From positions 1,856,001 to 1,920,000 of the forward strand of contig OZ251992.1 in the NCBI GenBank assembly GCA_965246885.1: a stretch of 64,000 bases of DNA, read 5' to 3'. Position 1 is the stretch's first letter. Each line of letters opens with the position of its first letter. Position numbers and translations under genes: made by a program. The notes under the pieces are model-generated. The model was not told the DNA's origin and made no database searches. It saw only the letters and a program-made list of their open reading frames with translations. The DNA is from Abditibacterium sp. Its GTDB lineage: Bacteria > Armatimonadota > Abditibacteriia > Abditibacteriales > Abditibacteriaceae. Shown here in pieces: positions 59,690-64,000 of the stretch.

Positions 59690-60585
59690 CCGAACCCGAA
59701 TCACCCGAAGAAGCGCCCACCCCGGCGGAAGACGCGCCGCCTTCGGCACCCGTCGAGACCACGCCCGAAATCGAGCGCGCGACCGTCCCCGCCGCTCCAA
59801 AGATGCAGGCGGAAGAGGGAGAGGATGCCGAGCGCGCCATGCGCAAGCTGTCACGCCGGTCGTTCATGTGGGCGGGCGCGGCGGCTTTGGGCGTTTTCGG
59901 GGCGCAGCGTTGGATTAACACGCGGCGCACCGAAGACGGCCTCGTGTGGCCGCTCCGCCGCGCGCTCGATACGCAGGGCGATATTACGCATGACTTGTTC
60001 TCCCCCGCGCGCCTCGCGCCGGAGTGGAACCCCAAGCAGGCCCGCGAGCCGCGCACCAACGGCGACATCGGCATGGGCGACGACTTCGACCCCTCCGACT
60101 GGAAGTTGCACGTCACCGGCTTGGCCGATGGTGACTTGGAGTTGCCCCTCCACGCCATTGCCGCGCTTCCGCAACATGCGATGACCACCGAGATGAAGTG
60201 CATCGAAGGCTGGAGCGTCATTGTGTCGTGGAGTGGCGCGCGCTTTTCCGACTTCCTCCGCCGCTACCCGCCCTCTACCCTAAGCGGCAACGCTTATAAC
60301 CTGTCCAAGCCGGACGACCTGCCGCCCTATGTCGGCATGGCCACGCCCGACGGCGCGTATTACGTCGGCCTCGACCGTGAAGCCGCGCTCCATCCGCAAA
60401 CCCTGCTGTGCACCCACATGAACGGCCAGCCGCTCACGCTCGAACACGGCGCTCCCTTGCGCTTAGTGGTGCCCGTCAAATACGGCGTCAAGCACATCAA
60501 GCGCATCGGGAAGATTACGCTCACGAGCGAGCGCCCTGCCGACTACTGGGCCGAGCAGGGGTATGATTGGTATGGCGGGCACTAA
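59686..60585 (+). CDS. Molybdopterin-dependent oxidoreductase (sulfite oxidase/MsrP family)
   Basis: GGAGG plus GTG; LSRRSF Tat-like motif; CIEGWS; HGAPLRL..P.KYG.K.IK; YW...GYD. Confidence 0.88.
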   Translation: MTEPESPEEAPTPAEDAPPSAPVETTPEIERATVPAAPKMQAEEGEDAERAMRKLSRRSFMWAGAAALGVFGAQRWINTRRTEDGLVWPLRRALDTQGDITHDLFSPARLAPEWNPKQAREPRTNGDIGMGDDFDPSDWKLHVTGLADGDLELPLHAIAALPQHAMTTEMKCIEGWSVIVSWSGARFSDFLRRYPPSTLSGNAYNLSKPDDLPPYVGMATPDGAYYVGLDREAALHPQTLLCTHMNGQPLTLEHGAPLRLVVPVKYGVKHIKRIGKITLTSERPADYWAEQGYDWYGGH

Positions 60586-60602
60586 GCGACTGCCGCTCTC
60601 AC

Positions 60603-60739
60603 CGGGGATATAAAATCCCCGGCATCCGGGCGCAAGCGCCCAAGCGTTCTCCGAACGCGCTTCCCCAACGGCTCGTCACTTGGCTCCGCGTCCGGCAGAA
60701 CGCTTGGCGAAGCCGGATGCCGGGGATTTTATATCCCCG
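60603..60739. repeat. Long palindromic element, family 1, copy 2
   Basis: CGGGGATATAAAATCCCCGGCATCCGG ... CCGGATGCCGGGGATTTTATATCCCCG; same arms as 4604-4718. Confidence 0.9.
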
Positions 60740-61010
60740 TTTCACGCTGGCCCCTCACTTCGTCCAGCGCGGCGCGCACCCGCGTGCCCACTTCGTCCGG
60801 CACCCCAGCTTCGCCCAGCGACTCCCGTACCCGTCCGTCCAACCGCGCCTCGAAGCGAAAGCGCGGCCCGCAATGGCGGCAGATGGCGACATGAAAGGCG
60901 ACGCGGCGACGCTCGACGCGCGGCAGTTCGCCATCCAAATATGGCTCCAAGCGCAGCACCGCGTCGGCGCAGCCATAGAATTCGAGCGGGCCAAGGGCAA
61001 TGCGGTTCAT
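60729..61010 (-). CDS. Zinc-binding anti-sigma factor (ZAS, RsrA/RshA-like)
   Basis: C...LEPYLDGEL...HVAICRHC (HxxxCxxC); ATGA overlap with the sigma gene. Confidence 0.85.
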   Translation of the reverse strand: MNRIALGPLEFYGCADAVLRLEPYLDGELPRVERRRVAFHVAICRHCGPRFRFEARLDGRVRESLGEAGVPDEVGTRVRAALDEVRGQRETGI

Positions 61011-61672
61011 CGGAACATCCTCGCGGCGCCCAAAGCGGCGCACAACAGCACACTCAGTAAGTTCGCTTTGGACGAAGAAGTTCCCGCCGCGCCGGAATCC
61101 CCGTCTCCGCGCACCAAACCGCGCTCAAGCGCCAACTCCCACAGCGCGCGTTGCAACAGTTTGCGCCCGCGATGCAAGCGCGAGCGGACGGTGCCTAAAG
61201 GAACGTCCAACGCGCGCGCTATCTCCTCGTAAGCCAAGCCCGACACCCAAAACAGCGCGCAACACTCGCGGAAGTCGGGCGGCAACCCAGCAAAAGCGCG
61301 GGCGATGGCGGCGTTGTCGAGTTGGTCGAGGAGCCGCGCTTGCGGGTCGCCGCTTCGGGCATCAGTTCCCGTTGAGCGCAGACGGTCATACAGCGTGCTT
61401 TCCTCGCCTTCTTCGAGGGCGGCATCGAGCGAGACGGCATCCACACGGCGCGCACCCGCACGCAGGCGGTTGCGGTGCGCGTTAACCAGTATCGCCGCCA
61501 TCCACGCCGCGAAGTTGGAGCCTTGCTCAAAGCGGTCGAAGGCCCGAAAGCCGATGACGGCGGCTTCTTGCAGCAAGTCTTCGGCATCCTCGCGCCCATC
61601 CGCGAGGCGTAGCGCCAACCCCCACAAGCGCATCATGTGTTGCTCGAACAACGTCTCAAAGGAAGCGGGCAT
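61007..61672 (-). CDS. ECF RNA polymerase sigma factor (SigH/SigR-like)
   Basis: DAEDLLQE, FEQGSNFAAW, YEEIA..LDVPLGTVRSRLHRGRK. Confidence 0.92.
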   Translation of the reverse strand: MPASFETLFEQHMMRLWGLALRLADGREDAEDLLQEAAVIGFRAFDRFEQGSNFAAWMAAILVNAHRNRLRAGARRVDAVSLDAALEEGEESTLYDRLRSTGTDARSGDPQARLLDQLDNAAIARAFAGLPPDFRECCALFWVSGLAYEEIARALDVPLGTVRSRLHRGRKLLQRALWELALERGLVRGDGDSGAAGTSSSKANLLSVLLCAALGAARMFR

Positions 61673-61688
61673 AGTGCGGCAGTCGCCC

Positions 61689-62051
61689 TTAGTGTTGCGT
61701 AACCTCAAAGCGGTTGCCGTCCACATCCAGCGCGAAAGCGTACAGGCTCCCATCGTGCGGGCGCGTCCCGACGCCTTGCAAGAGGGCGCCGCCCGCGTCT
61801 TCGATGAGCGCCAGAGTAGCGGCGATGTCGTCGGCTTCGATGGCGAAATGCGGCGAAGGTTCGTGCTGCCAGCCGTTATAAGCGTGGCGCGCGTCGGACT
61901 GCCAGAGGTGCAGTTGGTTCGGCCCGAACTGCATCCACGCGATGCTCCCGCCTAAACTGGGCACGCGCTCCATGCCCAGCGCCGCCCAAAAAGCCGCCGC
62001 GCGTTCCACGTCCGCGACGGGAATCAAGATGTGGTGAATGAAGCGAATCAC
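61689..62051 (-). CDS. VOC/glyoxalase family protein
   Basis: IHHILIPV.D...A.AFW, QLHL, HFAI, DVDGNRFE; TATAAT 7 nt upstream of GTG 62051. Confidence 0.85.
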   Translation of the reverse strand: MIRFIHHILIPVADVERAAAFWAALGMERVPSLGGSIAWMQFGPNQLHLWQSDARHAYNGWQHEPSPHFAIEADDIAATLALIEDAGGALLQGVGTRPHDGSLYAFALDVDGNRFEVTQH

Positions 62052-62063
62052 GCCGGAGATTAT

Positions 62064-63041
62064 ATGGATTCTTCCCCCGCCGCGCGCTTGGAACGCGCCC
62101 ATAACTCGCTCGAAGGCCTCAGTGTCGGCGACGCTTTCGGCGAGCAGTTTTTCATGAGCTTCGAGATGGCCGCGCGCCTCCTCGAAAAAGAGGACGAGTG
62201 GGGCGGCCCGCCCTACGCTTTCGAGGACGACTTCATCTTGCGCGAACTCATAGACGTGCGCCGCTTGGAGTTCATGGCGCCGCGCTGGAAATGGACGGAC
62301 GACACTGCCCTCGCTTTGGAAGTCGTCGCCGAACTGCGGGGCGGCTGTATCAATCTCGATTCCCTCGCCATCCGCTTCTGCAAGCGGTATCTCCACGAAC
62401 CCGCGCGCGGCTACGGCGGCGCCATGCACTCTCTGCTTCCCCGCTTGGCGCGTGAGCATTGGCGCGAATCGGCGGGCAATCTCTTCGACGGGCAGGGCAG
62501 CTACGGCAACGGGAGCGCCATGCGCGTGCCGCCGCTTGGCGCCTACTTCGCCGATGACTTCGAGTTGCTCGCGGAACAAGCGCGCTTGTCGGCCATCGTC
62601 ACGCACGCCCACCCCGAAGGCGTCGCGGGCGCGGTGGCCGTCGCGGTCGCAACTGGCATCTGCGCCCGTATGCGGGCCGACTCCGAGGAATTGGAAACCA
62701 CCGCCTTCCTCTCCGAAGTCATTGTCCGCACGCCCCCGTCCGAAGTGCGCGACCGCTTGGTCGAGTGCCGCCGCTTCCCCGACAGTTACACGAGCGAGCA
62801 GGTCGCGCAAATCGTCGGGAGCGGCAACGCCGTCGCCTGCCAAGACACCGTCCCGTTTTGCATTTGGTGCGCCGCGACCGAAAACCTCCATTTCTCCGAA
62901 GCCATGTGGCTCACCGTCGCCGGACTGGGCGACCGCGACACCACTTGCGCCGTCGTCGGCGGCATCGTCGCCGCCAAAACGGGCATCGAAGGAATCCCCA
63001 CCGAGTGGCGAGAACGCCGCGAAGCATTGCCGGAGTTGTAA
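62064..63041 (+). CDS. ADP-ribosylglycohydrolase family protein
   Basis: GDAFG, WTDDT, GSYGNGSAMR, VTHAHP, GDRDT. Confidence 0.92.
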   Translation: MDSSPAARLERAHNSLEGLSVGDAFGEQFFMSFEMAARLLEKEDEWGGPPYAFEDDFILRELIDVRRLEFMAPRWKWTDDTALALEVVAELRGGCINLDSLAIRFCKRYLHEPARGYGGAMHSLLPRLAREHWRESAGNLFDGQGSYGNGSAMRVPPLGAYFADDFELLAEQARLSAIVTHAHPEGVAGAVAVAVATGICARMRADSEELETTAFLSEVIVRTPPSEVRDRLVECRRFPDSYTSEQVAQIVGSGNAVACQDTVPFCIWCAATENLHFSEAMWLTVAGLGDRDTTCAVVGGIVAAKTGIEGIPTEWRERREALPEL

Positions 63042-63440
63042 ATGGACACCTCAAAATCCCTGCAAGAATTGGAAAACGACGACTGGGGCGACCCGCACGG
63101 CCCGACAGGGATGGTCATACGCTGTATGCGATTGCGGCGCGTGCCCGTCCGCGACCTCACAGCGGACGATTGCCGCCTGCTTCTGGGACAAGAAATCGGC
63201 GTGCGCTTCGTCCTTCCTGTCGCGCTCGACTATTTATTTAAGAATCCCCTCGAGAGTGGAATCGGCGATACGGGCGCTTTAATGAGGCGCGTTTTGGAAC
63301 TCCCCACCGCGTTCTGGCAGAATCATCCCAACCTCTGGTGGGAAGCTAAGGAGGTGTTGATGGAAGTGGAGAACGCGCGGAATGCAATTGAAGAACTCAT
63401 GCCGAAAATCCGCGAGTTCGAGGCGATGGACGTCTCCTGA
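63042..63440 (+). CDS. CdiI-like (contact-dependent inhibition) immunity protein
   Basis: SLQELE...WG.P, LRRVPV..L, RLLLGQEIG, L..NPL, FW; recognised by eye. Confidence 0.7.
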   Translation: MDTSKSLQELENDDWGDPHGPTGMVIRCMRLRRVPVRDLTADDCRLLLGQEIGVRFVLPVALDYLFKNPLESGIGDTGALMRRVLELPTAFWQNHPNLWWEAKEVLMEVENARNAIEELMPKIREFEAMDVS

Positions 63441-63507
63441 AACCCGAAGCAGTTACACTCCCACCCGTGCTTCGCACGGGCAGACGCCCCGCGCCTCCAT
63501 AGACAAC

Positions 63508-63538
63508 AAAAAGCCGCCCACACAATTGTGCGAGCGGC
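63508..63538 (-). terminator. Intrinsic terminator downstream of tRNA-Ser
   Basis: Minus strand: GCCGCTCGCACA-AT-TGTGTGGGCGGC then TTTTT. Confidence 0.75.
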
Positions 63539-63550
63539 CTTCTTCTTTCG

Positions 63551-63640
63551 CGGAGAGAGAGGGATTCGAACCCTCGCTCCAGCTTGCGCCAGACTACAGG
63601 TTTAGCAAACCCGCCCCTTCAGCCACTTGGGTATCTCTCC
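63551..63640 (-). tRNA. tRNA-Ser(GCT), CCA not encoded
   Basis: GGAGAGA acceptor stem, anticodon arm CGGGT-TTGCTAA-ACCTG, long variable arm, GGTTCGAATCC; TATAAT upstream. Confidence 0.95.
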
Positions 63641-63690
63641 GAACGTGGCACTTGAAATTATAACGGAGCGCGCGCGGCGGGGCAATACCC

Positions 63691-64000
63691 TTAGCGCCCC
63701 AACAATTTCTTCGCCCACTTTTCCAATGGGGTCGGGTTGTTCAGTTTCCATTTGTCCTCCTCGGTCAAGAGTTCTGGGGCGACGCGGCTTTTGAGGCGGG
63801 GGAGCGATTTGTTGTCCACTTGGGCGACGGCTTGCATGAGGCGGCGCGAGACGGGGCCGCGCGCTACGACCGAGGCAGCAAAATCAATGACCCACACGTT
63901 GCCGTCGCCTGCCAAGAGTAGGTTCGAGCGCCTCTTCAGGTCGCCGTGTGCGACGCCGCGCGTGTGCATGGCTTCAATCACACGCGCGATGCGGGGGAAA
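63691..64000 (-). CDS. Protein-kinase-like (RIO/Kdo/APH type) protein, 5'-truncated by the window edge
   Basis: HGDLKRRSNLL and VIDFA motifs. Confidence 0.8.
   Translation of the reverse strand, partial: FPRIARVIEAMHTRGVAHGDLKRRSNLLLAGDGNVWVIDFAASVVARGPVSRRLMQAVAQVDNKSLPRLKSRVAPELLTEEDKWKLNNPTPLEKWAKKLLGR

Noticed and set aside
62052..62891. 400-aa ORF 61689-62891 as one protein
   Set aside because: Only the last 120 aa are VOC-like; the rest is antisense to the ADP-ribosylglycohydrolase.
63440..63640. tRNA-Ser as the attachment site of an integrated element
   Set aside because: No integrase, and I saw no duplicated tRNA 3' end in the window.

Overview
A GC-rich bacterial chromosomal segment with about 60 genes, one tRNA-Ser(GCT), and no integrase, transposase or CRISPR array. 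The gene content suggests a diderm 'Terrabacteria' lineage, most likely Armatimonadota/Abditibacteriota. This is an inference from a DUF1559 prepilin-like H-X9-DG protein and an lptA-lptB-lptF/G-DUF3084-yqgF cluster. Housekeeping genes are tsaB, rimI, pyrH, fcl, lptB, typA, recQ, galK, addAB-like, sucB and a thyX-like gene. Accessory modules include a lycopene-elongase/CruF carotenoid pair, EPS genes, two PqaA paralogues, a NucA/NuiA pair, a thioredoxin-MsrB/cytochrome b/Mo-oxidoreductase operon facing an ECF sigma/ZAS anti-sigma pair, and an ADP-ribosylglycohydrolase/CdiI-like pair. Two genes are missing from the ORF track. One is a SEC-C zinc-finger gene (48023-48263) that appears to need a +1 shift at TTT-TGA, a prfB-like candidate programmed frameshift. 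The other is a hicA toxin whose expected start codon reads GTA and overlaps the typA stop. Also notable: an AddA-like helicase with an apparently dead nuclease domain, a frameshifted ABC-2 permease, three families of long intergenic palindromes, three unrelated 21-nt-period intergenic arrays, and many -10 boxes 6-8 nt upstream of start codons (probable leaderless mRNAs). All family assignments come from motif recognition by eye; no database searches were run.
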